A DNA stretch of 64,000 bases from Candidatus Vogelbacteria bacterium RIFOXYD1_FULL_46_19. GTDB lineage: Bacteria > Patescibacteriota > Minisyncoccia > Phycocordibacterales > XYD1-FULL-46-19. Shown here piece after piece: positions 39,520 through 48,004 of the stretch. A program made the position numbers and the translations under genes. The number at the start of each line of letters is the position of its first letter. Within the stretch, counting starts at the first letter, position 1. The DNA is taken from positions 70,020 through 134,019 of the forward strand of contig MHTK01000002.1 in NCBI GenBank assembly GCA_001824825.1, in the 5' to 3' direction. Below the pieces are notes generated by a model. That model had not been told where the DNA came from. It ran no database searches and was given only the letters and a program-made list of their open reading frames with translations.

Positions 39520-39707
39520 TGGGACGTGGTGTAACGGCTAACATTTTTGGTTTGCCTGTCCGCCAAAGCCAGAGCCGGGACGTGGTGTAACGGCTAACAT
39601 TCTCGGTTTGGGACCGAGCGATTCCGGGTTCGAATCCCGGCGTCCCGAAAGGGGGCGATGGCAGGTGGGGGACCGAGCGATTCCGAGTTCGAATCTCGGC
39701 GTCCCGA
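39520..39707 (+). other. Interrupted outer tRNA-Pro (5' half 39520-~39552, 3' half ~39668-39707) enclosing a palindromic element and a full tRNA-Pro
   Basis: Both halves are near-copies of the inner tRNA; the break is in the anticodon loop. Confidence 0.85.
39576..39648 (+). tRNA. tRNA-Pro (UGG), nested inner copy
   Basis: CGGGACG/CGTCCCG acceptor stem; CTCGG-TTTGGGA-CCGAG; CCGGG-TTCGAAT-CCCGG. Confidence 0.93.
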
Positions 39708-39711
39708 CAAA

Positions 39712-39755
39712 AAAACCACCAAAGACTCCGCTTAAGCGGGGTCTTTGGTGGTTTT
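39712..39755 (+). terminator. Terminator after tRNA-Pro locus
   Basis: AAAACCACCAAAGACTCCGC-TTAA-GCGGGGTCTTTGGTGGTTTT. Confidence 0.85.
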
Positions 39756-39925
39756 ATAAAACTAGTTCGATCAAATCCAACGAAGCTAAATACACTTTTC
39801 GTGTTCATAAAATAAGTACCCGCATTATTTATTGATTGACAAACTGGCTTTTATTGAGCAGGCTAATCAATAGTATTGTTGTGTTCTAGTGTTATTGTAA
39901 TATAGTCAACGAAGGAGGATTTCTG

Positions 39926-40342
39926 ATGAAACGTGAATTTAGCCTCTTGTTGCTAGTGGTGGTGGTTACGTTGGTGGTCGGCTGTCCCACGACAGTGCCG
40001 GGGGAGCGAGAATACTGGATCACGATCGAAAACCACACTGACATGGAGCTGACAGAGTTGTATATTAGCCCCTGCGGTGAAAGTTACTGGGGCGACAACT
40101 GGCTAGTAGGATCCATCGATCCCTGGACGTCCCACTACGAGGTTCTATTTGCCAACCAGTGTTGGGATATCCGGATTGTGTCGGAGTATGGAAACACAAT
40201 GACGACTCAGTTGTTTTTAGACTCCGACTACCTGATTCCTGTCTACCAAAGCAAGTCGGGTCAGTTGCTCGGAGAGAGCGAGGAAGCCTACTGGGAAGAT
40301 GGTGATTTTCTCTTAAAAGAATATCCACCACCCACCGAGTAA
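39926..40342 (+). CDS. Orphan lipoprotein-like secreted protein
   Basis: AAGGAGG SD; VVG-C lipobox-like; ITIENHT..ELYISP..WGDNWL..CWDIRIV. Confidence 0.8.
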   Translation: MKREFSLLLLVVVVTLVVGCPTTVPGEREYWITIENHTDMELTELYISPCGESYWGDNWLVGSIDPWTSHYEVLFANQCWDIRIVSEYGNTMTTQLFLDSDYLIPVYQSKSGQLLGESEEAYWEDGDFLLKEYPPPTE

Positions 40343-40531
40343 CCAGTGCTCGAATCGTTTGCCGTCCCTATCAACAGTAGGGGCGGCACTTCATTTCCGG
40401 AGTTTTTTGATTTCATAGTCAACTTAATATCTCGAGTAAAATTTTTAACTTTTTATCTTGACAGGTTTTTATTAATAATGGACAATGCCCAGCAGATTTA
40501 GTAGTGGTTACACAACTGGGAGGAGACTATA

Positions 40532-41284
40532 ATGCCAAAGCCCAAGTGGAGCGACTTCTGTTTTTTGTTCGTGTTTGGGGCGTCAATGGCTAGCTTGTGT
40601 TTGGTGGAGGCTTACTTAGACGGGTCAGCTTTAAAGCTCGATGTGATTCTCGGCGTCGTTATCGGAGTGCTTGTTACGGTGGTCTACACCGGATTCCGTT
40701 GGTTTGATTGGGACAGGCGAAACGAGGCCATGGTCGAGATCTTACGTTATCATCCGAATGATATCGAAGTCTTTCTCGGGCGGTGGGGTGTGCGGGTGAC
40801 GGCGCAAACCTTCGTCTGTGATATGGCGTTGTTTCGTCAGCATTCGGCCAAATATCTCGGCGCGGTGTTAGCTAAGCTCCTGGAGTATAAGCTTGACCGT
40901 AATGGCTGTCGGCCCGACTACCGCTATAGTGGTCAGTCAGCCTACACCGACTTGGTGCGGATGGCGGTGGTAGCTTACGATCAAGCTAGTCTGCCTAAAG
41001 GCTTTGTCACAGGTTTGAAAAATTACTCGGCTTGCGCGGAATATGAGTTGAGACGAGCGGTAGCGGCGGTGGATTACTATGACCGCCTCACAAGTTGGAC
41101 GACAGAATTGCACGAAATGGAGGAGCGGTTTGCGGGTGAACGCGAGGAGGCAGTGCAAGCTTCTTTAACACCGGTTGCCACTGTTCGGTTGTGGAACTGG
41201 ACCTGGTGCAAGTTGAGCCGGTTGCGACCCACGATTTGGGCGCCCACTTGGACCGCCCCGGCGGTCAAAGAGGCAAAACTCTAA
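40532..41284 (+). CDS. Orphan protein with two N-terminal TM helices
   Basis: GGGAGG SD, TTGACA upstream, terminator downstream. Confidence 0.75.
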   Translation: MPKPKWSDFCFLFVFGASMASLCLVEAYLDGSALKLDVILGVVIGVLVTVVYTGFRWFDWDRRNEAMVEILRYHPNDIEVFLGRWGVRVTAQTFVCDMALFRQHSAKYLGAVLAKLLEYKLDRNGCRPDYRYSGQSAYTDLVRMAVVAYDQASLPKGFVTGLKNYSACAEYELRRAVAAVDYYDRLTSWTTELHEMEERFAGEREEAVQASLTPVATVRLWNWTWCKLSRLRPTIWAPTWTAPAVKEAKL

Positions 41285-41411
41285 ACAGATATCCGGTGCC
41301 TCCTTTGAAATTTCTCAAGGGAAGCACCGGTTTTTTGATGCGGGTAATAATATTGACAAAACGCTTAAATTTGTTATAATATAAGAAGATTAAAAAAGGG
41401 GAGGAATGAAT

Positions 41412-41699
41412 ATGACTTGGGAGCGCGTTTTTAATTTTTTGGCGGCGGCAGTGACTTTTGTCTGGCGCGAGCTCTTGGGTCCCGTTGTCACCGGCTTGGT
41501 TCGGGGCGCTGGCGAGGGCTTACGAGCGGTGGCCCGGCGACTCGTCCCGCCAGTGGCCGTGGTCGGCCTCTTGGTCCTCTGGTACCGGACCAACCCGGAG
41601 AGTCTGGCCGACTCAATCGGTCTCGTGGTTTTCTTGGGCCTCTTGGCCTGGGTTGGTCGCGAGTGGTTCCGGGCGGCCTTCTCCGGGCGAAGGCGATGA
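41412..41699 (+). CDS. Small orphan membrane protein
   Basis: TTGACA-16-TATAAT, GGAGG 7 nt before ATG 41412 (41406 also possible), GAGCCGA stem terminator. Confidence 0.75.
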   Translation: MTWERVFNFLAAAVTFVWRELLGPVVTGLVRGAGEGLRAVARRLVPPVAVVGLLVLWYRTNPESLADSIGLVVFLGLLAWVGREWFRAAFSGRRR

Positions 41700-41924
41700 G
41701 GGTGTTTCGAGCCGAGGGAAATCTCCTTCGGCTCTTATTTTATACACTTTTATATACAGACAAGTTCTAGCTGATTGACTTTTTTACTGTTTCTGTTATA
41801 CTAGACAGCGTGCGTGTAAATATCTCAAAAAGTTTTCTCTCCAGGTGTATACAAACGCGAGGGAGCAGAGATCAGTATGAGGGGTCGTTACTTCGCATAT
41901 GTTAATAAGTTAAATTGTATACAC

Positions 41925-42191
41925 ATGGCTAAGAAGTTATACGTTGGTGGTTTGCCTTACTCTACCACTGACAGTGAACTCCAGGAGGCTTTTGCTCAGG
42001 CCGGTGCAGTTTCTTCGGCAACCATCATCATGGACCGAATGACTGGCCGTTCCAAGGGCTTTGGTTTCGTTGAGTTTGAAAACGATGGCGACGCTGACAA
42101 AGCGATCGACATGTGGAATGGCAAAGACTTTGGTGGACGGAATCTAACCGTCAACGAAGCTCGCCCGCTCGAAGAGCGACCTCGCCGCTAA
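41925..42191 (+). CDS. RRM (RNP-1) RNA-binding protein
   Basis: KKLYVGGL (RNP2), RSKGFGFVEF (RNP1), LTVNEARP; ATG 41925. Confidence 0.95.
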   Translation: MAKKLYVGGLPYSTTDSELQEAFAQAGAVSSATIIMDRMTGRSKGFGFVEFENDGDADKAIDMWNGKDFGGRNLTVNEARPLEERPRR

Positions 42192-42346
42192 CCGTAAGGT
42201 TACGACTGGTTTCTACCAAAAAAACCGCCCCAAGGGCGGTTTTTTGTTTTAGGTTGATTTAGATGTTTTTATAAAAATATTAAAGCCGAAGTTACAGTGG
42301 TGTGTGCAACTTCGGCTTTACGAACAGAAACCTCCCCCGCGATATG

Positions 42347-42655
42347 TCATTTTTCCGACCTTCCATGGTGTTGGTGTATCTCCCACGTGTGCGTGATGGC
42401 CGCCTTGGCCCCGCTCCAAATCATGGTGGCCACGATAATTTGAGGCGGATTTTTAGGATTAGTTGGAACAAGTATCCGAAGTTCCTCACTTTGCAGTTTG
42501 GGATACACATCGGAGTTAAATCTGAGAGTGATGCTGGCGCCGTCTGGATTGTGGGAAATCTCAGAGACAACACCTCTATGTCTCGGGGCCACAGTTCCTC
42601 TGGCCGCGTTTATTATTTTGTCATCTAGCGACAAGTTGCGCACTTCAAGCAACAC
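42347..42655 (-). CDS. Orphan protein (self-contained cassette)
   Basis: TTGACA-16-TAAAAT, AAAGGAGGTG before GTG 42655, AAAGCCGAAGTT stem downstream. Confidence 0.65.
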   Translation of the reverse strand: MLLEVRNLSLDDKIINAARGTVAPRHRGVVSEISHNPDGASITLRFNSDVYPKLQSEELRILVPTNPKNPPQIIVATMIWSGAKAAITHTWEIHQHHGRSEK

Positions 42656-42806
42656 TAGGATCACCTCCTTTCTGGTGCGGTGGAAATGGGTTTAGTTTCG
42701 ATCACAAAGAACAGATACCCTCATTTTAATAGGGTCGGAATTTATGTCAATGTCAACAATTCCCGTAAGGATGGCTCTCTTCTTTTGGTCGTGATAAAAT
42801 TTATCA

Positions 42807-43220
42807 ATGCCAATTATATTTTTGCTGGTAATTTTAGTGGTCGCGGTGGTGGGTGGGGTGACCAGTGGGTATATAAAGTATCACCGCCGACACGGAAAAA
42901 AATTAGAATGCGCTATTACTACCGATTGTGAGCAGTTATTTTCCAGTTCTTACGAGGCTTGGCGGGGGATAGATAATGAAAAGCTTGGTTTATGGTTTTT
43001 TGGCTTAGTGATTGCTTTTGCGGTCCTTGGGGCGGTGGTAGGGGTTTATTGGTGGCTTAAGGTAGGTTTGCTCTTGGTGACCATGGCTGGAGCCGGGTAT
43101 GGAATTTATTTAATCCACGCCCAAATTAGAGTGATTAAGCACTGGTGCACTTGGTGTTTGGTGCCGACCGTTTCGGCGGTAATCATTCTCTTGGCGGTGT
43201 TGGGGTTACTGGCAGCTTAA
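42807..43220 (+). CDS. Vitamin K epoxide reductase (VKOR)-family protein
   Basis: C-x5-C..S.Y..GI.N..LG, TM helices, WCTWCL redox motif. Confidence 0.88.
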   Translation: MPIIFLLVILVVAVVGGVTSGYIKYHRRHGKKLECAITTDCEQLFSSSYEAWRGIDNEKLGLWFFGLVIAFAVLGAVVGVYWWLKVGLLLVTMAGAGYGIYLIHAQIRVIKHWCTWCLVPTVSAVIILLAVLGLLAA

Positions 43221-43282
43221 ATTTTCAGATTGAAACGGCCGAGCAATTTTGCTAGTATGCCTGGTGTTACTCTGTAACATAT

Positions 43283-43353
43283 GCGGGATTAGTTAAATGG
43301 TATAATATCAGTTTTCCAAACTGAGGTTGGGAGTTCGATTCTCCCATCCCGCA
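43283..43353 (+). tRNA. tRNA-Gly (UCC)
   Basis: GCGGGAT/ATCCCGC acceptor stem; TCAGT-TTTCCAA-ACTGA; GTTCGATTC. Confidence 0.95.
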
Positions 43354-43391
43354 CAAACCACAAAAGACCGGATTTTAACCTGGTCTTTTTT

Positions 43392-43543
43392 TGGTTTTAG
43401 TGACGGAATGAGCAAGTAAACTGCTTTACTTGCGTGGAGAATCGAAAGGCGGAACTATGTTTTTCTAGCAAGAAAAACAGGTGAGCCAGGGTCGTGAAAT
43501 CTTGTCCTCGACGGAGGGCAAGATATTCCTGACCGATTCTCCC
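43392..43543 (+). repeat. 152-bp structured module downstream of tRNA-Gly(UCC), copy B
   Basis: Identical, inverted, to 37801-37952. Confidence 0.95.
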
Positions 43544-43584
43544 ATCCCGCACAAAAATTTACCCACCAGACGTGATCTGGTGGG

Positions 43585-44088
43585 TTAGTCGGCAAAACTG
43601 GAAACGATGTCGTAGTGGCAATCAAGGACTATGCCTTGATTGGACCCAGGTTGATACTTGCACCACCCACGTATTTTTTGGTCAGACAAGATGAGTGGTA
43701 GAAAGGTGTAGTCGCCAGCCATCATCTCCACTTGGCGGGGGTTGGCGATCAAGTCAGAAATGTTAAACCACTGACCTTTGACCATTTCCTCACTGTCCTG
43801 GGGCTCACCCTGGTACTTGGTGGTGGTGAAAATATGGACCAAGAACTCTGAATCCGGCCCGTTGTGGAAGGTGATTTCCGCCACTTTAATCAGGTCGGAG
43901 GCTACGAGCTTGACCTCGGTTTCTTCCCGGGTTTCGCGCACGGCCGTTTCTGGTGGGGTTTCGCCCACTTCACATTTACCACCCGGCCCGGTGTACTTAC
44001 CGATACCGATTTTTCCGGTTTTACGGCCCATAAATACTTGGCCATTCCTGTTGGATATAAAAACCAGTGCGCCCACTTTTTTACTCAT
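43585..44088 (-). CDS. NUDIX hydrolase (MutT/MTH1-like)
   Basis: GGKCEVGETPPETAVRETREET Nudix box; GEPQDSEEM. Confidence 0.92.
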   Translation of the reverse strand: MSKKVGALVFISNRNGQVFMGRKTGKIGIGKYTGPGGKCEVGETPPETAVRETREETEVKLVASDLIKVAEITFHNGPDSEFLVHIFTTTKYQGEPQDSEEMVKGQWFNISDLIANPRQVEMMAGDYTFLPLILSDQKIRGWCKYQPGSNQGIVLDCHYDIVSSFAD

Positions 44089-44205
44089 AGTATTTCTCCG
44101 GTTAGGGTTTCTGACTCAACTCTACCATCATTATTATTTAGCACAAGTCTACTCTTTTGAAAAAGTTTGCTACAATCGGAGGCGTAATAACTAACTTAAT
44201 TTACC

Positions 44206-45039
44206 ATGCTGACATACTGTTATGCTAAGGGAAAAATTGTCCGTTTAAGCCAAGCGACTGTTCCGGCCAATGATCTGGCGATTTTGCGCGGTTACGCCGT
44301 GTTTGATTTTACCCGCATTTATAACGGCCGGCCGTTTCACCTTAAAGATCATTGGGCTCGTTTCAATCGCTCGGCTCGGGAGCTGGATCTTAAGGTACCG
44401 GTTAAGCTAACAGAAGTTGAACAGGCAATTAGTGATCTCTTAAAAAAGAACAAGGTTAAAGATGCTTCCGTCCGCCTGGTGTTGACCGGTGGGGCTAGTG
44501 TGGACTCTATAGCTAAAGGCCCGGCCGAATTTTTTATCTTAATGGATTATCATTATAACTTACCCCCGGCAGTTTTTACGGAGGGAGCTCGGTTGATAAC
44601 CTATGAGTTACAACGGGTACTACCGACGGCTAAAAATACCAATTATGCAGCGGCGGTAAAACTACAGAAGGATCTAAAAAAGGCTAAAGCGGTCGAGGTG
44701 CTCTATGTTAACAATGGTGCCATTTTAGAGTGTTCGACCAGTAATTTTTTTATCGTTAAAAACAAAGTGATAATAACGCCGAAAGATAAAATTTTGACCG
44801 GGGTGACTCGTCAGATCGTGCTTAGACTGGCACGGAAAAAATATAAAATAGAGGAGCGGTCGCTTAAGTTTGTCGAGCTTAAAACCGCCGACGAGGCTTT
44901 CTTAACCGCGAGCAATAAATACGTGACCCCGGTAGTGAAAGTGGATGAGATGGTGATCGGATCTGGTCGGGTTGGCGAGGTGACTAAAGAGTTACTCGCG
45001 ACCTATCACGAAGAAATAAAGAAAGAGTGTTATAGCTAA
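44206..45039 (+). CDS. Class IV PLP-dependent aminotransferase
   Basis: LRGYAVFD, HWARF, AKNTNY, ECSTSNFF, ILTGVTR, DEAFLTAS. Confidence 0.93.
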   Translation: MLTYCYAKGKIVRLSQATVPANDLAILRGYAVFDFTRIYNGRPFHLKDHWARFNRSARELDLKVPVKLTEVEQAISDLLKKNKVKDASVRLVLTGGASVDSIAKGPAEFFILMDYHYNLPPAVFTEGARLITYELQRVLPTAKNTNYAAAVKLQKDLKKAKAVEVLYVNNGAILECSTSNFFIVKNKVIITPKDKILTGVTRQIVLRLARKKYKIEERSLKFVELKTADEAFLTASNKYVTPVVKVDEMVIGSGRVGEVTKELLATYHEEIKKECYS

Positions 45040-45106
45040 AGTATTCGGGACACAAAAAAACCGCTTCTGAGCGGTTTTTTTGTGTAGTGAGAAACGACTT
45101 AGCTGT

Positions 45107-45379
45107 TTACTTGACAGCGTCCTTAAGAGCCTTAGCGGCTCGAAACTTGGGCACACGCATAGCCGGTACTTGAACGGTTTCGCCGGTGCGCGGATTGCGG
45201 GCTGTTCGGGCGGCGCGATCCTTGGTGGAGAAAATACCCAGTCCGGCGATTGATACTTCCTCGCCTTTCTTTAAGGTGTTGACGATGGAGTCAACTACCA
45301 CATCGACTGCTTTCTCAGCGCCGGCCTTGGTTCCGCCGATGGCGACGTGCACTTCCTCGATGATTGCTTGTTTGTTCAT
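45107..45379 (-). CDS. hup: DNA-binding protein HU
   Basis: GLGIF..RAARTARNPRTGE..VPKFRAAKALKDAV. Confidence 0.97.
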   Translation of the reverse strand: MNKQAIIEEVHVAIGGTKAGAEKAVDVVVDSIVNTLKKGEEVSIAGLGIFSTKDRAARTARNPRTGETVQVPAMRVPKFRAAKALKDAVK

Positions 45380-45575
45380 ACCATAGATGGTTAATTTGCT
45401 AATGGCACGACCTTAATACCTTGATTAATAGTATATATTTTAGGGCTAGATGGTGCAATAGCTAGGTATTTTGGTGATCCGGGGTTTTTATGATTAAACA
45501 ATAAGCACCCAGACCGGTTTATCTTACCGATACGGGTGCTGATTAGTAAAAAGTGAAGTTAAAATCGATTCAAAA

Positions 45576-47105
45576 CTAGCGAGCGTACTCTACCACACGG
45601 GAATCACGGATGACCGTGACCTTAATTTCTCCTGGATACTTAAGTTCGCGCTCGATGCGCAAGGTAATGTCATGAGCTAATTTTTTAGCTTCCAAGTCAC
45701 CGAGTTCTTCTGGTCGGACAAAGACTCGAATTTCCCGGCCAGCTTGAATAGCATAGGTTTTTTCAATACCACCAAAGGAATTGGCAATATCCTCTAAATC
45801 TTTTAGGCGTTTAAGATAATTTTCCAAACTGTCGCGTCTAGCGCCTGGCCGCCCGCCCGAGATAGCATCGGCGGTTTGGACGATAATGGATTCAATCGTT
45901 TCGTATGGGTACTCCTCGTGGTGCGATTGCATGGCTTTGATAATCGCTTGGTCCGCCCCAAATTTTTCCAGAATGCGCCGGCCAATTTCTACGTGAGTAC
46001 CGGAAACTTCATGATCCACCGCTTTACCGATATCGTGCAGGAGAGCTCCGGCCTTAGCGACTTGGACGTCAGCTCCCAGTTCTTCGGCGAGCATGCCGGC
46101 AAAGTGGGCCATTTCGATCGAGTGATGCAAAACATTTTGGCCGTAGCTGGTGCGGAAGTGTAGGCGACCTAAGATGAGCAGGATGCGCGGATCCAAATTT
46201 AATACCCCCACTTCATAAGCGGCCTGTTCACCTCGCTCTTTAATGATTTTAGAAATTTCTTCTTTGGCTTTAGCTACAAATTCTTCAATTTTAGCCGGTT
46301 GAATGCGGCCGTCTAAAATCAAGTTTTCCATGGCCGCTTTAGCAATTTGGCGACGGATCGGGTCAAAGGACGAGAGGACAATGGAGCCGGGGGTGTCGTC
46401 GATAATCACTTCCACTCCGGTTTCTTTTTCGAAAGTTCGAATATTGCGACCCTCTTTACCGATAATTTTGCCTTTAACATCGTCGGATGGAATATCGACA
46501 TTGGTCGACATAATGTCAGGAACGCTAGAGTTGGCTAACCTTTGAATGGTGGTAGCTAATATATCGCGCGATTTTTGTTCCAACTTGTCTTCAGCATTCA
46601 TCTCCAATTTATGCATCCGAATGAGCAAATCTTCCTCGTAGTCTTTTTCAACTCGGCTAATCATTTCTTGGTAGGCCTCTTCCTTGGTTAAGCCAGCAAT
46701 GCGAGTTAGCTCTTTCTCTTGTTCATCTTGTTTGGCTTCTGTTTCCTCTTCGGCACGTTTAATGTTTTCGGCTTTGGTGCGTAAGTTTTCGGCTTCTTGG
46801 TCAATATCCGATTGCCGTTTGTCTAAAAGCTCGTCTTTTTTGATCAAGCGATCCTCTAATTTTTTGAGCCCGGCCTCTTTACTTTTTTCTTGTTCCTTGG
46901 CCTCCAATAAGATGTGGGCCGATTCTTTTTCCGCATCTTGCACAATTTGCTGAGCTTTATCCTTGGCCTCCAGCAAAGTTTGCTTGATGGTTAGTTCAAT
47001 TGAACCTTTTTGTCCCAAGGTAACCAGCCAGCGCAGAAAGTAGCCAATGACTACGCCACCGAGACTGGTGGTCCCGGCAATAATTATTACAGTTACTAAG
47101 TTCAT
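45576..47105 (-). CDS. rny: Ribonuclease Y
   Basis: TM plus coiled coil, KH (KGKIIGKEGRNIR), RTSYGQNVL, HDIGKA, RPGARR; ATG 47105. Confidence 0.97.
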   Translation of the reverse strand: MNLVTVIIIAGTTSLGGVVIGYFLRWLVTLGQKGSIELTIKQTLLEAKDKAQQIVQDAEKESAHILLEAKEQEKSKEAGLKKLEDRLIKKDELLDKRQSDIDQEAENLRTKAENIKRAEEETEAKQDEQEKELTRIAGLTKEEAYQEMISRVEKDYEEDLLIRMHKLEMNAEDKLEQKSRDILATTIQRLANSSVPDIMSTNVDIPSDDVKGKIIGKEGRNIRTFEKETGVEVIIDDTPGSIVLSSFDPIRRQIAKAAMENLILDGRIQPAKIEEFVAKAKEEISKIIKERGEQAAYEVGVLNLDPRILLILGRLHFRTSYGQNVLHHSIEMAHFAGMLAEELGADVQVAKAGALLHDIGKAVDHEVSGTHVEIGRRILEKFGADQAIIKAMQSHHEEYPYETIESIIVQTADAISGGRPGARRDSLENYLKRLKDLEDIANSFGGIEKTYAIQAGREIRVFVRPEELGDLEAKKLAHDITLRIERELKYPGEIKVTVIRDSRVVEYAR

Positions 47106-47113
47106 AAGCGCGT

Positions 47114-47271
47114 GGCCTCGTCCGCTTGGCAAGGCTAGCTAAACAGTTTGGCGGTAAGCTACATCCCAAAATTAGCTGGTCGGGGGTCCGGCCAGGTCAT
47201 TAACAATGGGTTTAGAAATAGCAAATGGTCCAGAGTTCGGTCGGTCATAGCAGTCGCAAGCAGAGTAAGCC
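47114..47271 (-). ncRNA. Candidate 6S RNA upstream of rny
   Basis: Rod-like fold by eye (closing stem, central bubble, apical hairpin); TCGACA-17-TATGAT promoter upstream. Confidence 0.5.
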
Positions 47272-47335
47272 TTTTACAATTAATAATAAGGTAACCGAAT
47301 CATATCAGGACTTTTCCACTTTGTCGAATCAGTTT

Positions 47336-47373
47336 AAAACCCCCGCCAGAGCCTAGGCTCTGGCGGGGGTTTT
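47336..47373. terminator. Perfect 38-bp palindrome, probable clpP terminator
   Basis: AAAACCCCCGCCAGAGCCT|AGGCTCTGGCGGGGGTTTT. Confidence 0.8.
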
Positions 47374-47386
47374 GATGGAACGGTCT

Positions 47387-47974
47387 CTACTTTTTAGTTT
47401 TAGGCTTAATCACGTTATCAATCAGGCCGTACTTTTTGGCTTCCTCGGCTGACATATAGAAGTCGCGATCAGAATCTTTTTCCACTTGTTGCAGGGGCTG
47501 GCCGGTAAACTTGGCCAACATGCGGTTTAATTGATCTTTGGTTTTTAAGATGTGGCGGGCGGTAATTTCTAAATCAGAGGCTTGACCCTCGGCACCGCCT
47601 AAAGGTTGGTGAATCATTACTTCCGAGTTGGGTAGGGCCAGACGCTTGCCTTTGGTACCAGCGGCGAGCACCAAGGCTCCGCCGGAGGCGGCAATACCGA
47701 CAACAATCGTAGAAACATCCGGTGCTACATGCTCCATGGTGTCGATAATAGCTAGGGTGGAGGTGACGGATCCGCCAGGGGAATTAACATACAACTTAAT
47801 ATCTTTTTTGGGATCTTCTGATTCTAGGAACAATAGCTGAGCAATAACAGTATTGGCCACATTGTCATTAATGGGGCCACCTAAAAAAACGATTCGCTCT
47901 CGCAAGAGGCGCGAGTAAATGTCGTAAGCTCTTTCACCAAATTGAGATTTTTCGATGACGGTTGGGATAAGCAT
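47387..47974 (-). CDS. clpP: ATP-dependent Clp protease proteolytic subunit
   Basis: [36 protein letters not shown]. Confidence 0.97.
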   Translation of the reverse strand: MLIPTVIEKSQFGERAYDIYSRLLRERIVFLGGPINDNVANTVIAQLLFLESEDPKKDIKLYVNSPGGSVTSTLAIIDTMEHVAPDVSTIVVGIAASGGALVLAAGTKGKRLALPNSEVMIHQPLGGAEGQASDLEITARHILKTKDQLNRMLAKFTGQPLQQVEKDSDRDFYMSAEEAKKYGLIDNVIKPKTKK

Positions 47975-48004
47975 AGGTTTATGATGATTATGAAAAATTA
48001 TAAG

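Noticed and set aside
39553-39667. Group I intron in the outer tRNA-Pro
   Set aside because: A U before and a G at the end fit, but the insert is only ~115 nt, mostly a tRNA, with no room for a P3-P9 core
39512-39835. ORFs 39512-39808(-) and 39608-39835(+)
   Set aside because: They are translations across the tRNA-Pro locus and its terminator
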